The translations under genes were made by a program, and so were the position numbers. 64,000 nucleotides of DNA from contig CM075979.1 of assembly GCA_038087875.1 (NCBI GenBank), positions 17,174,001 through 17,238,000 on the forward strand, given 5' to 3'. This stretch comes from Malacoraja senta (taxonomy: Eukaryota). Below, one piece after another: positions 11,720 to 23,310 of this stretch. The notes beneath the pieces were generated by a model. That model saw nothing but the letters and a program-made list of their open reading frames with translations, did not search any database and was not told where the DNA came from. Each line of letters begins with the position of its first letter. Positions within the stretch are counted from its first letter, which is position 1.

Positions 11720-12850
11720 AGAGCAGAATCCCCGCTAAAATCCTAAAATTCAGTGGTAAAGAGTTCCAGATAGCAATCCACAATCTCATTGTCATCACCT
11801 AGAAAGAGCAGGGCAGACCAAGGGAGCTTACAGATGCCGTAATTGTAGCAGTGGGTAACCACAGAGGAATCTTCCTCCTGTCTACGACAATGAAAGTCAT
11901 TGCCAAGGTCCTTTTGAACCATCTGCTCTGAGAGGCTGAAGAGCTGCATCTGAGTTATAGTGAGGTTTACATCTATCTGTGGGCACAATGGACATAATCT
12001 TCATGCAAAGCCTTTGATACTAACCCTCAAGAGGGACTGTAGAACACACTCCTCAAGTTCAGCTATGCACAGAAATTCAATTCAATTCTTATTTTAGCTT
12101 TATAACAATATGGAGGCTGTGGTACGCATCAATTGGTCTACGTTTGATCTCAGGATGGCCTGCATTGTTCCCCCAACACTTTTCTCAATCTTCCCCTTCA
12201 ACATTGCACCTCACCTTCAATAAAGTTAGATGGAGCTAATCTTCGGAACTATTAGAAAACTATTCACAATCTAAAGATCACTCCAACACCTGGAGTCAAG
12301 GTACAATGTACAGAAAAAGCATATGTTTGCGCACACTGATGGTTGCAAACCATCATAGACTCATGAACTTAAGCACATGAGAGGATTAGCTGTACCCACA
12401 CATCCACAAGGCAAAAGGTCCTCGACCAACCTGTCCCCACTGCATCACAATAGCCTCCAACAATAAAAAATCATCATGAGGCTCTGGAAAAGATGGACTG
12501 CTTCCTGTATCTCAAATGCCAACTCTCTGGGAAGGCAGGCATCAGTGAGGAAATTCAACACCAGTTCATTTTGGTCAAATGAGGAAAAGATATTTGAAAA
12601 TTACAACCTCAACATGCCACAAAACGCATGGTCTGAAGAAGAGATCATGCCCATTCTTCAGGGTGGTCAACAGTTGACATCTCAAAGCACTGGATGAAAT
12701 ATCACAAACACCGCCTCTGATAAATCTTCCAAATTAATTGGAAAGATAATCAACCCAACATCACTGTTCCCCTGAGGCCAAAATCCCCCAGCATCTAGGC
12801 TGTTACATTCAGACCACTACATTTGTACACCCAAGATCAGACCCCATTAC
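11720..12850 (+). mobile_element. Highly degenerate RTE-clade LINE
   Basis: Broken frames GNHRGIFLLSTTMKVIAKVLLNHL, GTMDIIF and KAFDT resemble RTE reverse transcriptase. Confidence 0.6.
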
Positions 12851-13079
12851 TGTTAAATCTGATCTATTTTAGATTCCAGTCCACAGCCTTAATGAGCAGG
12901 TTTGTTCAAAAACTGTTAATTATGGATGATAGTGGCTCTTAAAGATAGCGGAGTCAGGGGATATGGGGAGAAGGCAGGAACGGGGTACTGATTGGGGATG
13001 ATCAGCCATGATCACATTGAATGGCGGTGCTGGCTCGAAGGGCCGAATGACCTATTCCTGCACCTATTGTCTGTTGTCT

Positions 13080-13803
13080 TGATAAAGCTGAATTATGTTA
13101 AAAATATAAGAAAAGCTTACAGCTTATATTTAGTCTCAAATCAGGCTTTTCTCCAGTAGAATAATACAGAAAGGCAAGTTAAGTTGCCTCAGGTTTTGGG
13201 GTATTGAGATAATAAATACCATAACATTGTCTCCCAAGTGAGGAAGTGACAGAGAAAGAAACAGCTAGTCACATCTTTGAAGTAAGATGCCATAAGACAA
13301 ATGGCCAATGTTTATGGGGGAGGAGGTGATGAGAGAGGAACCAGGGAAGTGGAAAGATAAGATGCCATAAACCAAATGGCCTATGTTTATGAGGGACCAA
13401 GTGACAGAGAGGAAGTAGCGAAAGAGCTAGGGTGATCTCTTTTAAGATAAAATGACCTAAGACAAATGGCCAATGTTTTCAGTATATCTTGTACCATGTA
13501 AACAAAAGGCCTTTGATGTGATGCATTCTGTGGAAACCTTTTCCTGTACCTCTGACCATGACTAATGTCTGTGGAATGTGCTAATGTGACAAAGAAACAC
13601 TATATAATGCGATGTAATTCTGTTGTTCAGAGAAGGGGACCGAGGACAGTCGAGTGTCTACATTGGTCACTTAGCTGGAATTCTCGCTCCCTTCCATCGG
13701 CCGATGTTAAGTAAAGTTTTGAACTGGTCTACCAAACAGTTTGTGTGGTGTCTGTTTATTGAGAAGCGAACCTGGTTTAGTAGTTATAAAAGTAACTTTT
13801 TCA
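13080..13803 (+). mobile_element. Solo LTR of an endogenous retrovirus or LTR element
   Basis: TG...CA ends (tgataaag / cttttca); 4-bp TSD GTCT at 13076-13079 and 13804-13807, inside a CR1 (ctattgt)n tail; three agacaaatggccaatgttt-like repeats; TATATAA 13601-13607; AGTAAA 13710-13715. Confidence 0.8.
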
Positions 13804-13901
13804 GTCTATTGTCTATAGATTTTAGATAGGCACATGGATATGCCATGGATGGAGAGATATGGATCATGTGCAGGCAGATGAGATTAATTTATCATGGCAT
13901 C

Positions 13902-14718
13902 ATACAATACAATACAATACAATACGGTTTTATTCGTCACATTGCACATAAAGTGCAAGTGAAATGAATTTGCCAGCAGCGGTACAATAATAAACAACAC
14001 ACAATACACAATAAAAATTTAACACAAACATCCACCACAGCATTCATCACTGTGGTGCAAGGCACAAAATTTGGCCAGTCCTCCTCCATTTTCCCCCGTG
14101 GTCGGGACCTCAACCCTCCGCAGCCGTCGCTGCGGGCGTCCAGAAGTGCAGACAGGTAAAAGTCCAGATAAGTCCAGAGTCGGCTCTTCCCCACCGGAGA
14201 CCGCGGCTTTAGGTTGGTGTAGGCCGCAGGCCGGCGGTCGGTGATATAAAGTTCCCGCCGCGCCGCAGCCAGAAGCACCGCAGACTGCAGGGCCGGTGGT
14301 CAAAGCTCCCCTCCAGGGGTCCCCGGCGAGGGACCCCACTCCTGATGGTAAGTCCATGCCGGGCCCGCGGTAGAAGTTGGCCGCGGGCCGGCAGTGGTGG
14401 CTTCTTTTTCCCCCGGGTCCCCCACGAGGGATCCCAGGCTGCGGACGCCGCGCCAGCTGGAGCTCTGCAGACAGCGGCTTCAGGCTGCCGGCTGTCGCGG
14501 GCCAACGAAATGGAGCGCTCCCCTCCGGCGAGCCCCAGCGAGGGCTCGCCCACTCCACGCCGAGAGTCCGCTCTGCGCCCGCCGCTGAAGCCCCAGGCGC
14601 GTCTCCGGGAAAGGCCGCCCAATCCTTGCTGTTAGGCCACGGGGGAGGCAACATGGAAAAAGTCGCCTCTCTGTGGAGGAGGCGACCGAAACGGTTTCCC
14701 CCTTACCCCCCCATACCT
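13902..14718 (-). mobile_element. Non-autonomous GC-rich retroposon, 5'-truncated, with (ATACA)n tail
   Basis: Microsatellite tail at 13902-13925; family homology as above. Confidence 0.7.
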
Positions 14719-14720
14719 AC

Positions 14721-14949
14721 ACATCTAAATCTAATTTTCTCAACTTTGAAAGTTCCAATTTAGCTAGACTTAGTAGCGTCTTGGTGGCAAGGTGGGAAAG
14801 TGAAGTTGAGGTAAATGTTCGACCATGGTCTTATCGATTGAAGAAGCAGGTCCATGAAAGTGTATGGGCCTCTTCTTTTATTGACATTTTCCAGCCATCG
14901 TTTTTGAATGCCACATCTCTATTTGTAAAGTTATGCCAGTGTTTTGGAC
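14721..14949. repeat. Left arm of a 229-bp inverted duplication (partner 15742-15970)
   Basis: Base-by-base comparison gives about 4 mismatches in 229 bp. Confidence 0.95.
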
Positions 14950-15053
14950 ATGTGGTGTACTCTTCATTGTTCTATATTCTATGGACAGCGATGCTAACAT
15001 CTTTTGAATGGATAAAAAGAGATTTTTGTTTTTATCCAATCTGACGGGCTTAC

Positions 15054-15156
15054 CTTTTTTAAGATGTATAAATGATTCTAGAAATTCCTCATATGTTTGT
15101 TCATGGCTCCTGCAGAACCTTTCTAAAACATCACAGGTTATTTCTTCCTTCTCCAT
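15054..15156 (-). CDS. IFTAP: IFTAP first coding exon (exon spans 15054-15198)
   Basis: MEKEEITCDVLERFCRSHEQTYEEFLESFIHLKK resembles human [33 protein letters not shown] (recalled); acceptor tttttccatttcag, donor AAG|GTAAGC; head-to-head synteny with RAG2. Confidence 0.9.
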
Positions 15157-15741
15157 TGTTTATGATCCTGACAACAATGGCATGTCTGATGCATTATTCT
15201 GAAATGGAAAAAAGTATAGTTAGAGATATAGCATTCAATAATTTCAAACAAAAAAACGAATTAATTTTAAGTAAGTGTAAGGTGAAGGGTTGTATCCATT
15301 CTCATCCTATTATTTCTAAACATTGATAATTCAGGAATTATGGAGAAACATATGTATACTAAAGTATAGAAATTAAATAAAACTAGTGGTAAATAAAAAA
15401 AAGTATGAACAATTGATATGCCCTTATCTTTAGAGAGCATGAATGAAAAGGGAAAGAATTTATGTGACTGTTGTCTGAAAGTTTAGATAGAATCAGATTT
15501 AGAGTATCCAGTTAAGTTTGAGACACTGTTTCTCAGGAAGGATATATTGAGCTATGTTGGTCTTTTGTGAGTTAAAGGGGAGAGGAAACAGGGGAGAGTG
15601 CATACAGATTTACCAGAATGATATAGGGATGAAAACAGGTGGCACCACTGAAGCTTATCTTCTTTGACTAAAGATTAGAGGTGATCTAATTGATGTATCT
15701 GAGATAAGTAAAGATGTGCTGTGTTTTCTCCTATGGGGAAA

Positions 15742-15970
15742 GTCCAAAACACTGGCATAACTTTACAAATAGAGATGTGGCATTCAAAAACGATGGCTGG
15801 AAAATGTCCTTAAAAGAAGAGGCCCATACACTTTCATGGACCTGCTTCTTCAATCGATAAGACCATGGTCGAACATTTACCTCAACTTCACTTTCCCACC
15901 TTGCCACCAAGACGCTACTAACTCTAGCTAAATTGGAACTTTCAGAGTTGAGAAAATTAGATTTAGATGT
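15742..15970. repeat. Right arm of the inverted duplication; part of an old CR1 3' remnant (about 15420-15970)
   Basis: Reverse complement of 14721-14949. Confidence 0.95.
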
Positions 15971-16204
15971 TAAATAAGGTATTACAGGTAACAGATTGAT
16001 GCCACTGAAATAAAGATATAGTTCAGCCATGATCAAGCTGAATGCAGCAGCAAGCTCCACGGTTTCTATGAGGCAGAGTTTCATCTATGAAATAATACTT
16101 CCAATAATATAGCACTCTCTAAATAGCACTTCCAGACTTGTGTCACGTTAAACCATAGTTCCCTTGTTTAAAAACTTAAATGTACCACCAACTAAACAAA
16201 GCAA

Positions 16205-19200
16205 ACATCCAGGTTTATGTGTTACATACACATACAAGATGTGCAGTGAAATGAAAGTGCCAATGCCTGCGGATTGTGCAAAAAACTACAGAACAGAATC
16301 AGTAATTACATATTAGAAAACCCCCCAGCAATTTTTAAGAAGACACAACATAACAGTAAATTGGTACAGTAAATTAGTCCCTGGTGAGATAAGAGTGTAC
16401 AGTTCTAATGGCCTGTGGGAAGAAACTCCGTCTCATCCTCTCTGTTTTCACAGAATGACAGCAGAGGCGTAGCAGCTGGAACAGACAGTTGCTGGGGTGG
16501 TAGGGGTCCCCCATAATGTTGCTGGCTCTGGATCTGCACCTCTGATGTATAGGTCCTGCAGGAGGGCGAGTGTAGTTCCCATAGTGCGTTCGGCCGAACG
16601 CACTACTCTGCAAAGCCTTCTTGTCCTGGGCAGATCAGTTCCCAAACCAGATTGTGATGTTGCCGGACAAGATGCTTTCTACAGCTGCTGAGTAGAAGCA
16701 CTGAAGGATCCTCAGAGACCCTGAATTTCCTCAGCTGCCTGAGGTAGTAAAGGCGCTGTCTTGCCTTACTCACCGTGTGATGTCCATGTCAGATCCTCTG
16801 TGATGTGGACTCCCAAGTATTTAAAGCAGCTCACCCTGTCCACAGTAGCCCCATTTATCTTCAGTGGCATATACGTCCTCGGATGTTGTGCCTTCCTAAG
16901 GTCCACGATCAGCTCCTTCGTTTTTTTGACATTCAAGAGGAGGCTGTTGTCCTAACGCCAGAGTGCCAGATTAGCCACCTCTTCCCGGTAGGCCTTCTCA
17001 TTATTATCGGAGATCAGGCCCACCACCACAGTGTCGTCAGCAAACTTGATTATAGTTGGAGCTGAATCTGGCCACACAGTCATGTATGTACAGGGAGTAC
17101 AGTAGGGGACTGAGGACGCAACCCTGGGGGGATCCTGTGTTCAGGGTGAGGGTCTTCGATGTATTTCCTTCCATCTTGACTACCTGGGGCCTGGCGGTGA
17201 GGAAGTCCAGGACCCAGGTATACAGAGGAGTGTTAAGCCCCAATTCCAGCAGCTTCTCAGCAAGTCTGGTGGGGACTATCATGTTGAAGGCTGAACTGTA
17301 GTCAATGAACAGCATCCTCACATAGCTCCCCTTCTGGCTGTCAAGGTGAGAGAGAGCGGTATGCAGGACCTGGGAGACCGCATCGTCCGTGGATCTGTTC
17401 GGACGGTATGCGAACTGTAGTGGGTCCATGTTGTGAGGGAGGAAGGCGCCGATGTGGTTCTTGACCAGCCTCTCGAAGCATTTCATGACTACCGAGGTGA
17501 GGGCCACCGGTCGGTAATCATTCAAACAAGCTGGAGAGGCATTCTTTGGTATAGGTACAATGATGGATCTTTTGACGCAGGCAGGGACCACGGACTTGGC
17601 CAGGGAGAGGTTGAATATTGTAGTGAGCACTGGAGCTAGCTGAGTAGCACAAAACTTAAGTACTCGCCCAGATATGCCATCTGGGCCTACAGCTTTCCTC
17701 GTGTTCACACGTGTCAGAGCCCTCCTCACGTCGTGCTCGGACGAGAATGTGTGCCCATCCACAGCGGAGGACCTCCCTCCAGCCTCGCTAGCCAGCGCGC
17801 TGGCAGTGTTGTTGTTAGCCGGCAAGCTAGGGGTGATGTTGCCCGTCTCGAAACGTGCGTAGAAAGAGTTCAGGTCATCAGCTAGGGAGGTGCCAGCACT
17901 TCCTGTAGAGGGGGGGCTGCTCCGGTAGTTAGTTATAGTCCGTAGCCCCTGCCAAAGGCCTCTGGTGTCCTGCTGCTCCATCTGCGACTCCATCCTGTCC
18001 CTGTACCTCCTTTTTGCGTCCTTCACCGCCCTTCGCAGTCGGTAGGACTCTACCTTGTAGACGTCCATATTTCTGGATGCCAGGCCAGAGTTGTAAGCAG
18101 CGGTGCGAGCATTCAAGGCAACGCAAATGGTCCTGCCCACCCAGAGTGTTTGATTAGGGAAGATGCTAACCCTTACCGTGGGGACGATGTGATCGGCTAT
18201 TGTTGCAATGACGTCCGTGACCGCTTCCGCGAACTCACTGACGTCCCTGGAACTTGCTTGGAACATATTCCAGTCAACATCGGTCAGTGCATCCTGCAGC
18301 ATGGCCTCTGACTGGTCAGACCACCGCTTTACGTCCCTCGTCACTGTCGCTTCCCGTACTATTTGTTGTTTATACTCCGGCAGCAGGAAAATAGCAGTGT
18401 GATCAGATTTTCCAAAAGGAGGGAGTGAAACGGCCTTGTAGCCTTTCTTGAACGGCGTATAGCAGTGGTCCAAAGTTCTTTCCCCCCTGGTGACACACGT
18501 GATGTGTTGGCAGAAGTTAGGCATGACGTTTTTGAGATTTGATTTATTAAAATCTCCAGCCACCACCATAGCCGCATCTGGGTTCTTGTTTTGGTGTCGA
18601 CATAGCACATCGTGTAGGGCCGGTAGTGCCACTTCTGTATCCGCATGTGCTGGAATGTAGACGGCAGTGATGATCACTGAGCTGAACTCACGGGGAAGGT
18701 AGAATGGACGGCATGAGATCGGCAGATGCTCCAGGTCCGGCGAGCAGGAACGAGAAAGCGTCTTAATATTTCCAGGGTTGCACCAGTTATTATTGGTCAA
18801 GGAGCAGACTCCTCCACCCTTGGATTTCCCAGATTCTTCGATTCTGTCAGCACGGTAAACAGTGAAGGACAGTTGGGCAGATTATCTGATCCGGCACCAG
18901 CGAGGTCAGCCATGTCTCAGTCAGACAGAGGATGTTGCAGTCCCTTATGTCCCGCTGGAATCTGATCCTCGCCCTGAGGTCATCCAGCTTGTTCTCCAGG
19001 GACTGGACGTTCGCCAGAAGAATGCTGAGCAGAGGTGAACGGAAGGCTTGGGCTCTCAGCCTATTCCGAATCCGCCCCCCCACCCCCGCTTGCCCCGATG
19101 TTTTCTCCGGGTTTTTCTAGGAGCCCCGCTCCCATTGTTGTTGCCTCTGTTGATCTCTGCCGGCCACGCTGGATCGGTGAGTACAGTGTTTAAAAAGTGT

Positions 19201-19362
19201 CCGGTTGCGCTAAAGTTTTGTTTTACAAGAGTTTCCCGGTCGTACGTTGTTAATGCTAGAGTGTTAGTACTTAGAAATAAATTTAAAACGAACATGCAAG
19301 TTAAAAATACGCAGTTTCCGCGGAGCTACCACAACGGCGACTGGAACCGGCCACGCCATCTT
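16205..19362 (-). mobile_element. Near full-length Rex1/Babar-clade LINE (APE + RT), disrupted
   Basis: 587-aa ORF 18800-17037 with CRPFYLPREFS, GDFN, TLDHCYT, SDH, NDYRPVALTS and GSPQGCVLSPLLYSLY; frameshift at the KFADD motif and a nearby in-frame stop; N- and C-terminal parts in other frames. Confidence 0.92.
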
Positions 19363-19685
19363 TGGAATTTGCACAGACCTCGAGTAACCCATTCATTAAC
19401 AACTCATTCTGAAGAACGGTCTCAACCCGAAACGTCACCCATTCCTTCTATCCAGAGATGCTGCCTGTCCCGCTGAGTTACTCCAGCATTTTGTGTCCAT
19501 CTATTGACTAGATATTCTTTCAATTCATAATCACTGAGTGGGAACTATTCCGAACATAACTGATTGTTTGATATCATAATGTGACATTACACAAACAGGA
19601 TAGTAAAGGAGTAAACAAATTCATGATCAATTTGAATAATTTGTACATTAGATATACAGGGGATAATGTCTGAGAAGTTATCCTC

Positions 19686-21577
19686 AAACCCGTCTCACTG
19701 TGCGAGCTGACCCACGAGGTACCCCGAGTTTAAAACAAATTTAACTCGTGGTAATCACGTACAATTAACGTAGCGGGAACGTCGGAACTCGTGGACGCAA
19801 CTTAGCGACTCTTGGCGCTAATGGCAGGTACCCTGTGAAACTTGTTAACTCTTGAAAAAGTTCAAACATGTTTAAACTTTTCCACGAGTAAAATGTACTC
19901 TTGAGGTTAAAATTTGAAACATTTAAACTCATTGTAAGAACATAGTGGCCGCTTGCGTTTACCTTTGTGACTCGTGAGTCTACCGTGGGAACTCTTTTTA
20001 GAAACAATAATCAGGGACAGAAATATCAGTTACTTGGATAAGTATGGATCAGTTAAGGAACACCAACATAGACTTTTTAAAGACAAATTCTGCTTAACAA
20101 AGTTAAGCAAGTTATTGATAAGGTGACAGAGTGGGTTGAAAAGAAAAAATTGCTTGAAGTTTATATATTGATTTTGTGTATTTGGGACTGAGCTCACAAC
20201 CTTAAGACAAACCAGTATTGAGGAACAGCGTGAGAACATTTTATGACACTTCATGGCAGCCAACATGAGGTTTGCCAGTCACGTCCAGAAGCCATCTCTA
20301 CCAGTGCTGTTGAAGAAGACAGGGTTGTGTTCACCTCTCCTGCACCCCTGTTCCGTAGGACAACACCAACTCTTTCATTATGCGGATGTTAAAGGCTGGG
20401 TTTTATTCTCAAGCCATGATGCCAGATTCCCGATCTCTTTACTGAACTTTACTGAATCAAAGGGTTCTATAGGAGGTGCTGCCTCAAAAAGGCAGCCAGC
20501 ATTGTCATGGACCCACACTACCCTGGCCATGCTCTCATTTCATTCCTGCTTTCACCCCCCATCACCACTCAGTTATACAGAACTGCAGCCTGCTTTGCAA
20601 TCTGAATATGGAGACGGCCGTCTTAGTGGAGCAGAATCACCATTTGACGAAGGGACAGACCTGGGAGATTAGTTCCGTTATCCCTCTGATGTTCATTCTT
20701 ATCTGTATGTTTATGTTGTTTTTTGCCTGTTTGATCATATTTTAGTATCTTTTGGATACTCCCACTTTTTCTAATAGCTTAAAGTGTTGAAAAGCTTTTT
20801 ACTAATCCGTTTGATTCTCACTGTTTGTTTACTTCATTGCACAATAAAAGAGAGTTCTTTGCTATCAAGATCAAATTGATGTCTGGAAGTCTTCATTTTA
20901 ATATCACTACAAAGTCTCATGACTTGAATGTAATATTCCTTTCATCATAAAACACAAAATAGAGGAAGGCAAAATATATTCACATCTTATTCTCACAATC
21001 ATTTGTGAGAGTTAAGGACTCTGGTGCCTCATATGCTGTGCTTTTTAAATGTTAGAAAGTGTCACCTCTCTGTAGATCAGAAAATAAAACAAACAGCACG
21101 GTGAATGAGAAACAAAGTCTTTATTAATCTTGTTCAATATCATAAACACTTTTTTGCACATATTGAGAAAAGGAGCACCACAGCAAACAACACAATGGTC
21201 TGAAAAAGGGCTTCTCAAACATGCAAATCAACAAATGAAGCACAAATAAAAGTATTTCCACTATATACTAATTCAGCTGAGAAATGCACAAGCCTAAATT
21301 CAGGCAATAAAAGAGACAATGCAATGCAATGACAAGTTTTGAGATCTACCATCAGATAAGCAGATGCATTGTTGCCTCAAGATTAACGGGAGAGGAACTT
21401 GGTACACTCGGGAGACGAACTTGGAACATCGCAGAAATGAGAAGTAAACGGCAAACTTAGACATACCCGTGGGAACTCGGTTAAACTCTTGATCATAAAC
21501 TTGGAGTCTCGTACGCAACCACGAGTCTTTCACTCGGGGTCACTCGTGGGTCAACTCGCACAGTGAGACAGGGATTT
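19686..21577. mobile_element. PIF/Harbinger-family non-autonomous element, copy 1
   Basis: TIR core gtctcactgtgcgag(c/t)tgacccacgag at both ends; both terminal regions collinear with 29660-30998; TSD not clear. Confidence 0.8.
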
Positions 21578-21578
21578 C

Positions 21579-21910
21579 AGGGTGGCACAATGACACAGCT
21601 GTTAGAGCTGTTGCCTCACAGCACCAAAGACCCGGGTTCAAACGTGACCTCGAGTGCTGTCGGTGTGGAATTTACACGTTCTCCCTATGACCGCCTACGT
21701 TTCCTCTGGATGCTCTGGTTTCTTTCAACATCCCAAAGACATGTGGGTTTGAACGTTAATTGGCTTCCGTATATTGCCCCAAATCTGTAGGGAGTGGATA
21801 AGAAGGGGGTTAAAGGGGAACTAGCATAAACGGGTGATCAATGGCTGGATGGACACGAGAGGCCGAATGGCCTGTTTCCATGCTGCATCTCTAAATTAAG
21901 CTAAATAAAA
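21579..21910 (+). mobile_element. tRNA-head SINE, diverged
   Basis: B-box-like gggttcaaac, body gttctccc..tgacc, ctaaa-type tail; homologous to 59474-59793. Confidence 0.75.
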
Positions 21911-21954
21911 GAACTAATTTACAAAAATTGCTACAGATGAAAAGTAAAAACACA

Positions 21955-22960
21955 TGAACCAGGAGTAGGAATAAGCCAATTGCCTCCTGAAGCCTTCACC
22001 TTCACGGTTGATCCAAGCTTGACCCTCACACCACTTAACCTTGCTCCCCAAACTCCTCAGCGTCCTTAAGATTCAAGTGTCTGTCAGACTCTGCCTTGAA
22101 TATATCAATGACTGGATATATAGCTCCCTGGGGTCCAGAATTTCAAAGATTCACGAAATTTATAGAAGAAATTCTTCCTCATCTCCTTCATAAATGAGTA
22201 GTATCCCCTTATCTCAAATTGGACTCCCCAGTTCCTGATATCTGTGCTAAAAGAAACCTAACTAGTTTTCATCTATTAATTCCCTTCAAATATCTTGTGG
22301 TTCAATAAGTTCACTAATCATTCTTCTAAATTACAATAAGCATAGGCACAACCTGCTTAACTTCTTTACCTGGGTCGACTCCATAATTCCAGAGATTAAC
22401 CTAGTGACATTCTCTATAAAGCTTCCAATGCATATGTAGTATTTTTTTAAATAAAGATATTAAATCTATATGCAATTATCTAGCTGCAGTGTGAAGTACC
22501 AGAGTTGCAAGGTAGCAGCAAAGATCGATCTTCCATTATTCTATGACCCAACATATCATTAACCTTCCCAATTTCCTCCGGTATGCCTTTGTTTCACAGC
22601 AAGAACCCCCAGATCTCTTTCTATCATGTCATTTTGTAGTCTCAATCTGTTTTTTTTTTTTTTTTTCTCATTCTTTCTTCCAAAGTAGATTCCTTCACAG
22701 TTCACAATTCCCCACATTATAGTCCATCTACCAAATTCTTGCACACTCAATTAAGCTATATGTATATAGTCGGAAACTCTAATATGTCATACTCACTACT
22801 TGCAAACTTACCTACCTTTGAATCATCAGCAAATTTGGCTACAATACACTGGGTCCCTTCATCTAAGTTATTAACATAGATTATTAATAGTTGAAGCCTT
22901 AGGTCTAATCCTTGTGAAATCTCTTTAGGTGCTGATTGCCAATTCAAAGATAACCCATTT
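21955..22960 (-). mobile_element. Degenerate CR1 LINE 3' portion
   Basis: Reverse frames IYVNNLDEG and KFADDSKVG; CR1 3' tail motif at 21955-22010. Confidence 0.7.
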
Positions 22961-23310
22961 CATAGATGTAGAGCTATTAACAAATACTCCAAGTAGCAAT
23001 CCAATAAGTTTATTAGCATATAGTAAAGTTACACTACAAGTTGTCACCACTGTGACGACATCCCGACTAACCACTAGTGTCTGGAATCGTTAGTAATGTA
23101 TGGTGACTGTATGGTAAAACCTGGACTGGATTTATATATCCGAATGGTGTGTGTTAGTTTTCGGTAGAGCATATCTACCTACATATTTCCTCTTAAGAAA
23201 ATAACGTAACTACGAATATATATATGAGCACAACTAATCAAGTTTAACAGGCGTATATAAGAATAGGCAGTCGCTTCAGCACTGGAGCAGGTTAAACATA
23301 ATCCCCGTAT

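Noticed and set aside
14673-16084. Near-identical peptides in two ORFs (SKSNFLN..RWESEVEVNVRPWSY) as a duplicated gene
   Set aside because: They are translations of the two arms of the inverted duplication of a CR1 remnant.
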